Made by a program: the position numbers and the translations under genes | NCBI RefSeq assembly: GCF_009914755.1 | Contig: NC_060927.1 | Direction: 5' to 3' (one strand) | DNA length: 64,000 nucleotides | Source: the human T2T-CHM13v2.0 reference genome, Homo sapiens | Shown: positions 54,031 to 64,000 of the stretch, piece by piece | Position numbering within the stretch: the stretch's first letter is position 1 | How the letters are laid out: each line of letters starts with the position of its first letter | Notes under the pieces: model-generated | Told to the model about the DNA's origin: nothing | The model's database searches: none | Seen by the model: only the letters and a program-made list of their open reading frames with translations

Positions 54031-54344
54031 AAAGTCAGTGAGAGATGGGAAATATGAATTGATTTATTTCACCAGTATTACCCCCATGTGTCTCTTCACA
54101 TGAACATCACAGCACCCTGCATATTATTCTAATGTTTAAGATAGAAATTTCCATAAATGCAAAAACACCTACTTTTTCTGCTGCTCACCTGAGAAAATAA
54201 CCAACTGTCCCAACACTTGGCATTTGCTGAGCCCTTTCATCTCTAAACTTTTAAAAAAGGCTTGGTAGCTTCAGCCCCCCTTTATCATGAAATCTGGTGA
54301 AAGAAAGAAGAGAGCTAGATCAGAAGTAGCAGTGAATATAATAG

Positions 54345-54792
54345 AAAAGATATGGCATCAGTTCAGGTGCCCATCAACAGTGGATTGGATAAAGAAAATG
54401 TGGTATATATATACTGTGGAATACTATGCAGTCATAAAAAAGAATGAAATTGTGTCCCTTAAAGCAACATGGATGCAGCTGGAGGCCATTATCCTAAGCA
54501 AATTAACACAGAAAGAGAAAACCAAATACTGCATGTTTTCACTTATAAGTGGATGCTAAACATTGGGTGTATATGGACACAAAGATGGGAATAATAAACA
54601 CTGAGGATTCCAAAAGGGTGAAGGCAGAGAAGGGGCTAGGGTTGAAAAACTACCTATTGGGTGCTATGTTCACTATTGGGCAATGGGACCATTAGAAGCC
54701 CAAACCTCAGCATCACACAATATACCCATGTAATAAACCTGCACATGTACCCCCTGAATCTAAAATTTCAAAATAAATTAAAAATAAAAAAT
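54345..54792 (+). mobile_element. L1PA17/L1PB3-like 3' end
   Basis: GGATAAAGAAAATGTGG, GTTGAAAAACTACCTATTGGG and AAACCTGCACATGTACCCCCTGAATCTAAAAT, then an A-rich tail. Confidence 0.85.
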
Positions 54793-55094
54793 GAAATAAT
54801 GGTGAATCAACAAAAATGCTTTTGTTGCTGTTTTAAACAGATTGATAAAGGAGATCTGAGGCTTTAATTTTGTCACTCTGTAGTTTAAGTTTTTGTAGTT
54901 TAATTTTGTCACTCTATAGTTTAAGTTTTTGTCTTTTTATCATTATTCTTAACTTTTACAGTTATGGGAAGTCCAGAAGCCAGATTATACATCCAGGGCT
55001 AACATAGTCCTGGCACATTGTGGGCACTCAATGCATTTCAATTCTTGCTTTCAAAATTAGTATTTGCAGGGTAAACTAACAGTATTAATGTGTT

Positions 55095-55446
55095 TGATAT
55101 GGTTTGGCTGTGTCCCCACCCAAATCTCACCTTGAATGGTAAGAATCCCATGTGTCAAGTGTAGGGCCAGGTGGAGATAATTGAATGATGCGGGTGGTTT
55201 CCCCCATACTGTTCTGGTGGTAGTGAATAAGTCTTAGGAGATCTGATGGTTTTATAAATGGGAGTTCCCCTGCACAAGCTCTCTTGCCTGCCACCGTGTA
55301 AGATGTGCATTTACTTCTTTGCCTTCCGCCATGATTGTGGGGCCTCCACAGCCATGTGGAACTGTGAGTCCATTAAACCTCTTTCCTTTATAAATTACCC
55401 AGGCTTGAGTATGTCTTTATTAGCAGTGTGAGAACAGACTAATACA
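55095..55446 (+). mobile_element. THE1B/C solo LTR
   Basis: TGATATGGTTTGGCTGTGTCCCCACCCAAATCTCA...ACAGACTAATACA; TSD GTGTT/GGGTT. Confidence 0.95.
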
Positions 55447-56864
55447 GGGTTCCTTGTGTCCTAAAAGTAAAAATTTGATTCAAAATCCTGTTATATACCT
55501 CCAAAATGCTCCCAAGAGTGATTAGAATCAATCTTGTAACTTCCCTTGCCCTAGGAAACACTTCCTATATCTGGAGCTGGATCCTGGAGTACAAGACCTT
55601 CTTAAGCCAAGAGCAGTCAAAAGAAGGGCCACCTTTCATCTGCCATGACTAGTGCATTCTAAAGGCACTCGATGATGCAAAACCATCTGTACAAAGCAGA
55701 TCTATTGAACAGTCTGAATTTGTCTGGACACAAGTGAAACTATGATTTTTTCCCAATCATTCTCTTTGACCATTTTATGTTGATTCCTGTTGCATATTTT
55801 GGAAGGATTCTGTACTTTTCCATTGTTTATCTAAAAAGTCCAGTCTGCTTTAAAATTTCAATCATATAGCAAAATAATTTCAATCATTTAGCAAAAAAAA
55901 AAAAAAAAAAAAGAAGTGGAGCAGACATATTTGTGAGGGAAAGGCAGCTGTAACAAAACCGAAACTATCTTGTGTCCCAGCCCCCTTACCAGTCTCCTGG
56001 GTTTGGTTTGCTTTGGTTTGGCTCAGTTGTTTTACATGACACTAAGAGTAACCATGTAGAGGAGGGAGGAAATAAGAAAGGACTGGGATCAGTTTGATTG
56101 AGAAAAGGGAAAGTTATTTCTACCTGAAATCTGTAATAATGTCATGTTGCTGAAAATTGAACTATCTTATAATAAATATCCTCTCCTGTCCAAGCCTTCT
56201 CCTAAAAATCCAAAACCTGCATTTCATTGCCCACAGTATGTCTCTACTTGGATGTTTTGTAGAAACTAAGACAGGTTGAAAACTAAACCCCTCAACTTTC
56301 CTTCAGCTGTGACCCTCATTGAGTTTAATCCATTTTTTTCACTAGCCCTGGCATTGCAGTCCTGATTATAGAAGTTACAACAATTTGATCTTTATTTTAC
56401 TTCTCTTTCATGTTCAAAACCCGTTTCATACTGCTAGTTTCCATGGCCACTTGCTATTAGGATCTTCTTACCTGGCTGACGTTCTGTTTGGATGGGTTGT
56501 AGGAAAACAACTCAGTTGTGCCTATGGGAAACTTCTTGTCACACCAAGGAGTGGAGGTGCGGGACATTCTGTGACTGCCCTCTCTCTCCACACTAAAATC
56601 GCTCTCTAGTTCTCTTCTCCACCTACTCGAAAGGACACAGGACAGTGAAATTAGTAAATGTGCTACAGACAGACATGGAACTTCACATCGCCCTAATAGA
56701 GTATTTTGTAGGGGAGAGAATACACAGCAAGCCAGTGACTCAGAACTGTGTCAGTTCTCTCCTGCTCTCCCTGTCCCAGTTTTCTGCTTACATAGAATTG
56801 ATGGGGAAATACGGGGTGCAGAGAATTGTTAAGGACAATGGACCTATTTAGGTTGCCATTACAA

Positions 56865-57685
56865 AATTATTTTCAAAATTTATATGCAGTAAAATTTGTT
56901 TTTTTGGGAACGTACAGTTCTATGCGTTTTAAAATATATATGGAGTTGTATATCTGCCGTGACAATAAAGGTACAGAACAGCTTCATGATGTCTAAAAAT
57001 TCCTCGCGCTTCCCATTTATACTCAAATCCTCCCTACCCTTAAACCCTGGAAACTACTAATTTGTTCCTGATCCTGCAGTTTTATTTACCCTAGAATGTC
57101 ATGTAAATGGGATTGTATGTAGCCTCTTGAGTCAGGCTTCTAACACTTAGTATAATACATTTAAGATTCATCCACATTATTGCTTGTTTGAATAGTTTGT
57201 TTCTTTTCACTGCTGAATAGCACTTCATTGTATGATTATAACACAGTTTATTTATCCATACACTAGCTGAAGGACATTTTGGTTATTTCCAGTTTTGAGC
57301 AATTATGAAATAAACTGCTATAATCATTCGTATATAAGTTTTTGGGGGCACTAGCTAAATCATATAGAAAGTATAAGTTTAACTTTACAAGAACCTGCCA
57401 GACTACTTTGTAAAGTAACGATACCACTTTCCAGTCTCACAAATAATGTATAAGAATTCCAGATGTTCAGCATCTTTGACAGCACTTGATACTTGATATT
57501 GTCCATAGCTTTCTTTCAAAAATTTTGGTAAGTGTGTAGTGGTATCTCATTGTGATTTCACTTTTCATTTCTTTAATGATATTAAAGATATTTTATGTGC
57601 TTCTTAGCCAAATATATATATATCAACTTTGGTAACATGTCTGAATTTCATGACAATATTAAAACTGTTTTTTTCTATTGTATAA
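56865..57685 (-). mobile_element. Old L1M (L1MC/MD/ME-type) 3' portion
   Basis: CCCTGGAAACTACTAAT, TTTAAGATTCATCCA, TTTCCAGTTTT and GTGGTATCTCATTGTG. Confidence 0.75.
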
Positions 57686-57911
57686 TTATTTATTTTTAAA
57701 TAAGTGAGGAGGTGTAGAATGTATTAAAACAAATGTGATGACTACTCAATCATTATGTATTCTGAATATGTCTCAACTTTGAAACTGTATTCTAATAATA
57801 TGTATAAAATACAAATATAACTCTTAAGAATTGAATAATATATTTTTTGCATAAAGGTGATAATTTTGAATTAATGTTCGGTGCATGAGTCACCACTTGA
57901 CCATTTTAAAA

Positions 57912-59485
57912 TTTCTTTTTATTATTATTATACTTTAAGTTCTGGGGTACATGTGCAGAATGTGCAGGTTTATTACATAGGTATACACATGCCATGGTGG
58001 TTTGCTGCACCCATCCACCCATCATCTACATTAGGTATTTCTCCTAATGCTATCCCTCCCCTAGCCCCCCACCCTCTGACAGGCCCTGGTGTGTGATGTT
58101 CCCCTCCCTGTGTTCATGTGTTCTCATTGTTCAACTCCCACTTATGAGTGAGAACATGCAGTGCCACCGACCCTATCCCTGTTGGACTGAACAAAGGAGG
58201 ACGAACACAGGAATAAAGATAAAGACAAAAGAGTATATTTGGAAGAAGGGGTCAGGGGGCTCCTTGTTTCTAGTGAACAAGGGCCCTGAGCTTTTTCAGC
58301 CCTCTGTATTTATTAGGTAAAAGAGATAACGAGAAGGTGGGGGTGATTGTCAGTCAGCAGTTTGATTCACAGCAGGCTTGCAAGACTGCATTCTGCGAAT
58401 AGGCTCTAGATGTCCCAGTAGATAACCCTAAGGAGCATGGCACCAGGGAGTGATTGCCTTCAGCAAACCTTCTGGCAGCTGGAGCAGATGTTAGTTTGCC
58501 CACATCCTGCATTCATGATAAACAGTTTGCTGTTTGATCATATAGTCTCAGTGGAATGCTGAGTTGGTCACAATCCCTTTGCTGGCTCTCTACAATGCAG
58601 TGTTTGGTTTTTCTGTTCTTGTGTTAGTTTGCTGAGAATGATGGTTTCCAGCTTCATCTATGTCCCTGCAAAGGACATGAACTCATCCTTTTTTATGGCT
58701 GCCATAGTATTCCATGGTATATATGTGCCACATTTTCTTTATCCAGTCTATCATTGATGGGCATCTGAGTTGGTTCCAAGTCTTTGCTATTGTGAACAGT
58801 GTCACAATAAATATACGTGTGCATGTGTCTTTATAGTAGAATGATTTATAATCCTTTGGGTATATACCCCGTAATGGGATTGCTGGGTCAAATGGTATTT
58901 CTAGTTCTAGATCCTCGAGGAATCACCACACTGTCTTCCACAATGGTTGAACTAATTTATACTCCCACCAATAGTGTAAAAGTGTTCCTATTTATTCATA
59001 TCCTCTCCAGCATCTGTTTTTTCCTGACTTTTTAATGATCACCATTCTAACTGGTATGAGATGGTATCTCATTGTGGTTTTGATTTGCATTTCTCTAATG
59101 ACCAGTGGTGATGAGCTTTTTTTCATATGCTTGTTGGCCACATAAATGTCTTCTTTTGAAAAGTGTCCATTCATATCCCTTGCCCACTTTTTGATGGGGT
59201 TATTTTTTTCTTATAAATTTGTTTAAGTTCTTTGTAGATTCTGGATATTAGACTTTTGTCAGATGAGTAGATTGCAAAAATTTTCTCCCATTCTGTAGGT
59301 TGCCTGTGGAAGTCCTTTTTGTTGATGTTGATGTTGTTCCTTTCTGTTTGTTAGTTTCCCTCCTCACAGTCAGGCCCCTCTGCCACCAGTCTGTTGGAGT
59401 TTGCTGGAGGTCCACTCCAGATCCTGTTTTCCTGGGTATCACCAGCGGAGGCTGCAGAACAGCAAAGATTGCTGCCTGCTCCTTC
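57912..59485 (-). mobile_element. L1PA7-like element: 3'UTR plus ORF2 end (57912-59307) fused to a 5'UTR piece (59305-59485), interrupted by LTR3
   Basis: TATACTTTAAGTTCTGGGGTACATGTGCAGAA 3' end; GTAGGTTGCCTGT junction; TTTGCTGGAGGTCCACTCCAGA and GGAGGCTGCAGAACAGC are 5'UTR antisense. Confidence 0.9.
58162..58594 (-). mobile_element. LTR3 (HERV-K HML-6) solo LTR with 6-bp TSD ATGCAG
   Basis: 433 bp, TG..CA; minus strand begins TGTAGAGAGCC...GTGACCAACTCAGCATTCCACTG; ATGCAG at 58156-58161 and 58595-58600. Confidence 0.88.
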
Positions 59486-59642
59486 TACAAGAAAATGGGG
59501 AAAAAATCACTTCTTGTCCTTTTGGCTACAATCAAGTGTAGAAAATGGGCAGAAATCATGAACAGACATTTCATTAAAAATATATGCAAGTTGTAAATAA
59601 ACACAAAAATATATTCACATCTTTCTATTTCTTTAGTCTTTC

Positions 59643-60190
59643 TGAAGTAGGAGGTGGGACTTCACTCCAGAGGTGGAGCTCAAATACTGGACCAAATTGA
59701 AGACAAGCTAAAAAAGGGACAGGGTGGAAACAGCTTTCCATAAGACATGCCCACCAGAGTACCACATCAGTTTACCATTGCCATGGTAACAACCAGTTAG
59801 CTCCCTTTTCCATGGCAATAACCTGATGACCCAAAAGTCACCACCCTTTTCCTAGCAATTTCCTCATAAACTGCTCCTTAGTATATGTAATTAAAAGTAG
59901 ATATAAATATGACTGAAAAACTGCCCCTTAATGTATATGTAATTAAAAGTAGATATAAATATGACTGCAAAACTGCCCTGAGATGCTACTCTCAGCACAC
60001 TGTCTATGGCGTAGCCCTTCTCTACAAGAGCAGTCATGGAGCTGTAACACCACCAGAGCTTTAACACTGCTGCTTCAGTAAAGCTGTTTTCTTCTACCCT
60101 ACCACTGGCTCACCCTTGAATTCTTTCCTGAGCAAAACCAAGAACCCACACAGGCTAAGCCCCTCTTTGAGGCTTGCCTGCCCTGCATCA
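59643..60190 (+). mobile_element. MER41C/D-like ERV1 solo LTR with 4-bp TSD TTTC
   Basis: TGAAGTAGGAGG...TTTACCATTGCCATGG...GAATTCTTTCCTG...CCCTGCATCA; TTTC at 59639-59642 and 60191-60194. Confidence 0.88.
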
Positions 60191-62564
60191 TTTCTCTGAT
60201 TTCTTTCATTAGTGTTTTATAGCTTTCAGCATTGAGATTCTGTACAAATTTAATTAGAGTTAATCATAAATAGTATTGTTTTAAATTTTAATTTCCAATT
60301 CTTTGTGAGAATATCAAAATATATTTAATATTGTGTATATCATTGTATCCTATGAACTTGTTAAACTCACATATTAGCTTTAGACTTTTTTTGAAGACTT
60401 CTTTGATTTTTCTACATAGATTATCATGACATCTGTGAAAAAAGATAGCTTTATTTCATTCTTTTCAACTTGTATGCATTTTATATTTTTTTACTTGCTG
60501 CACTGCCTAGAACTTCCAATATGATGTTGAATAAGAATTATGAGAGCAGACATCCTTGCTTTGCTCCTGATCGTGAAGCGAAAGCATTCAGAATTTTGCT
60601 ACTAAGTATGTTTCCTGTTAAGTTTTTCATAGATGCCTTTTATCAGATTAAGGAAGTTCCCATCTTTCGTAGTCTGCTAAGAATTTTATATTATATGGGT
60701 GTTAAATTTTTACAGGTGCTTTTTCTGAATGTATTGATGTGAATCTGTGGTTTTTCTTCAATAATTTGTTAATTATGTTGATTGATTCTTAAAATGTTAA
60801 ACCAGCCTTACATTTTTTGGGATAATCCCTACTTTATCATAATTGATTTTTTTATATAATGCTTGAATCTCTTTGCTAAAATGTTGTTGAATATTTTTAT
60901 GTCTATATCCTGAGGAATATTGGTCTGTAGTTTTATTGTAATGCAGTTGCCTGGTTTTGGTATCAGGGTGATGCTGTCTCCATAAAATGTATTTCCCTCC
61001 TCTTCTAGTTTCTGGAGGAAATTTTGCAGAAATGGTGTCATTTCTTATTTTAAAATCTAGTAGAATTTTTCAGTAAAACCATCTGTGCATGGATTTTTGT
61101 CAAAAGATTTTTTATTAATTTTTATTAATTTAATGTAATAAATACAGGACTATTACGGTTATCTACGTTTGCTTGAGTAAATTTTGGTAGTTTGTATCTT
61201 TTGAAATATTTTTCTATTTCACCTAAGTTGTCAAGTGTCTGGTCATGGAGTTATTTATTTGTCCTTATTTTGTTAGTATCTGTAGGGTTTGTAGTGATAT
61301 ATCCTCTTTTATTCTTGATATAGATAACGTATATCTTCTTTGTTCCATGGTTATCTATGGCTAGAAGTTTATTGATTTTGTTGATGTTTTCAAAGAACTA
61401 CGTTTTTGTTTTATTATTATTTTCCATTGCTTTCCTTTATTCAATTTCATTGATGTCTGCTAATTTTTTATTTTCTCTTTTTTGCTGGCTTTATGTTTAA
61501 TTTATTCTCCTTTTTCTAGTTTTTTAAATGGCTATGTAAGATTATTGATTTGAGGCTTCTTTCCTAATACAAGCATTTAATGCTATTAATTTCCCTGTAA
61601 ATACAGCTTTAGCAGCATACCACAGTTTTTCTTAGGTTGTATTTTTATTTTCATCATGTTCTACATATTTTATAACTCCCCTTGAAAACTTTACGTTTGA
61701 CTCATTATCTATTTAGAAATGTGTGGTTTAATTTCCAAATAATCAGGGAATTTCCAGATATCTTTTTTACCAATTTCTAATTTAGATATGGTGTGGTCAG
61801 AGAACTTAGTCTGCATTATTTTCATTCTTTTAAGTTTGTTATTTTTTTGTTCCCAAAATGTAATATACTTTCAACATTCCATGTTCACATAAACAGAATG
61901 TAGACTCTGTTGTTGTTGTGTGAAGTGTTCTATAAATGCCTATCAAGTCATGTTAGTTGATAATATTGTTCCAGTCTTCTATATCTTTACTGATTGTCTG
62001 TCCATTCATTTTATTAGTAACTGAAAGAGTAGTAAATCTTTCAGTATAATCTCTCAGTGTATTTGTGTGAATTTGTCTACTTTTCACTTTAGTTTCATCA
62101 GTTTTTGTCTCATATATTTTGAAACTCTCTTTTTAAGTAAACACATATTTAGGATTGTTTCTTTTTGGTGAATTTACCCTCTTATCATTATGGGATGTCC
62201 TTTTTATCCCTAGCAATTTTCCTGTTGTGAGATCTATGATGTTTCATATTCACATAGCCACTCTAGTTTTAGTGTGATTAATGTTTGCCTAGTAAATTTT
62301 GTTCATTATTTACTTTTAACCTACTTTTATTATTATATTTAAAATAGAACATTTGTGGACAGCTAAGCTGGGTCTTGTGTGTTTTGTTTGCTTGCTTGCT
62401 TATTTATAGAATCCAACAATCACTGTCTATTAGTGTGTTTAGACCATTTAATGTAATCACTGATATAATTTGATTTAGAGCTAACATTTTATTTATCTTT
62501 GTTTACCTCATTTTTTTTCTGTTTTTCTTTTCTTGCCTTCCTTTAGATCATTTTAATATCTTTT

Positions 62565-62860
62565 TATTTTATTTTATTTTATTTTTTGAGATGGAGTCTC
62601 ACTCTGTCGCCCAGGCTGGAGTGCAGTGGCGTGATCTCTGCTCACTGCAAGGCTCCACCTCCTGGGTTCACGCCATTCTCCTGCCTCAACCTCCCAAGTA
62701 GCTGGGACTACAGGCGCCTGCCACCACGCCCGGCTAATTTTTTATATTTTTAGTAGAGACGGGGTTTCACCATGTTAGCAGGGTGGTCTTCACCTTGTGA
62801 TCTGCCCGCCTCAGCCTCCCAAAGTGCTGGGATTACAGGTGTGAGCCACCACACCCAGCC
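62565..62860 (-). mobile_element. AluY with 16-bp TSD CATTTTAATATCTTTT and a ~10-bp left-arm deletion
   Basis: GGGTTCACGCCATTCTCC; TSD at 62549-62564 and 62861-62876; GGTCTTCACCTTGTGATC lacks part of the consensus GATCTCCTGA. Confidence 0.95.
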
Positions 62861-64000
62861 CATTTTAATATCTTTTAATATTTAATTTTGGTTGACCTAT
62901 TGACTCTTTGACTACATCTCTTTGAATTATTTTTTATGGTTGTTTTGATGATTTAAATATACATGCATTTTTTTCATAGTAAATTTAGAGTTAATGTTTT
63001 ACAGCTTTTATAAAATAGAGAATCCTGACAAATCTATAGGCCATTTTGCACTCTGTCTTGCATATTTCACTTGTCATATGTATTGCATCTGTATACATAG
63101 AAAATCAACCAGATAATGTTATAATATTTGCTACTAATAGTCATGTGTATTATTTAAAACTTAGGGGAGAAATAAAAAGTTATATTTCCCTAGATATTTA
63201 CTGCTTTTTTTGCTCTTCTTTCATTTCTGAAATTCCAAGTTTTCCTCTGTATTATTTCCTTTCAGTTTAAAGAGTTTCATCTAGCTTTTCTTTTAGAGTG
63301 GGTCTAATGGTAACACATTTGTTTGCTTTTCTCTTCATTTGAAAATGTCTTTACTTTGCCTTTATCCTTCAAGGACATCTCCACTGAGTATGTAAATATT
63401 GGTAACAGTTCTTTTCTTTCATCATTTTAAATATGCTGTTCCATTGTTTTCTGTCCTCCGTGGTTTCTGATGAGAAATCCATAGTAATTCAAGTAGTGGT
63501 GGGTGGTTTTCTTTGAATTTTACCTGTTTGGGATTAACTGACCTTCTTGATACTGTAATTTTATGTCTTGAACCAAATTCAGGATAATATTTCTTCAACC
63601 CAGATAATATTTCTTCAACTACTTTTCTGCAAAAATATCATTCTCTTATTTTCTGGAACCCCAATAGCATGAATAGCAGACCATTCCATGTTGCTCAACA
63701 GGGTCCTGAGGCCTTATTAATTTTTTAAAAGATTAATCTCTCTGTTGTCCAAATTTGATTATTTCTATTAATATATCTTTAAGTTCACTGACTTATCTAT
63801 CTTCACTCTAATATTAATTTCACTCAGTAAATTTTGGTTTCGAATATTATAATTTTTTTCTCAAATTTATATCTTGTTCTTTTTGTAGTTTCTTATTTTG
63901 TGCTGAAAACTTTTTATCTTTCCATTCATTTCAAGAGTGTTCTCTTTTATCCCATTGAGTTTGGTTATAATAACTGTTTTAAAGTCTTTTATAATTCTAA

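Larger units (their letters stand above)
59620..64000 (-). mobile_element. Long old L1M (ORF2 running toward the ORF1 region), host to MER41 and AluY; continues past the window end
   Basis: GACATCCTTGCTTTGCTCCTGATC, GGTTTTGGTATCAGGGTGATGCT, GTTGATGTTTTCAAAGAAC and GTTTCTGATGAGAAATC motifs. Confidence 0.8.

Noticed and set aside
57690-57905. AT-rich segment that may be a DNA-transposon fragment
   Set aside because: No TIR pair or family could be recognised.

Overview
This is primate (human-like) non-coding DNA, either intergenic or deep intronic. It is AT-rich, CpG-depleted and largely made of interspersed repeats: Alu (J, S and Y), L1 (L1PA/PB/MC/ME), L2, MIR, MaLR/ERVL solo LTRs, ERV1 and ERVK LTRs, and small DNA transposons. 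I found no protein-coding gene, RNA gene or CpG island. The ORFs in the track are short, and many sit inside repeats. The most informative structures are: (1) a complete, non-autonomous MER61-type provirus at 45172-50246, with both LTRs, a 4-bp TSD, a tRNA-Lys PBS, a PPT and gag/env relics; (2) a nested stack at 56.9-64 kb, containing an L1PA7-like copy whose 5'UTR is fused to the end of ORF2, an HML-6 LTR3 inside that copy, and a MER41 LTR with a duplicated TATA region; (3) a local ~135-bp inverted duplication inside an L2; (4) a half-MADE1 element; and (5) several short tandem duplications. I cannot support a new biological system here. All repeat subfamily names come from recalled consensus sequences, not from a database search.
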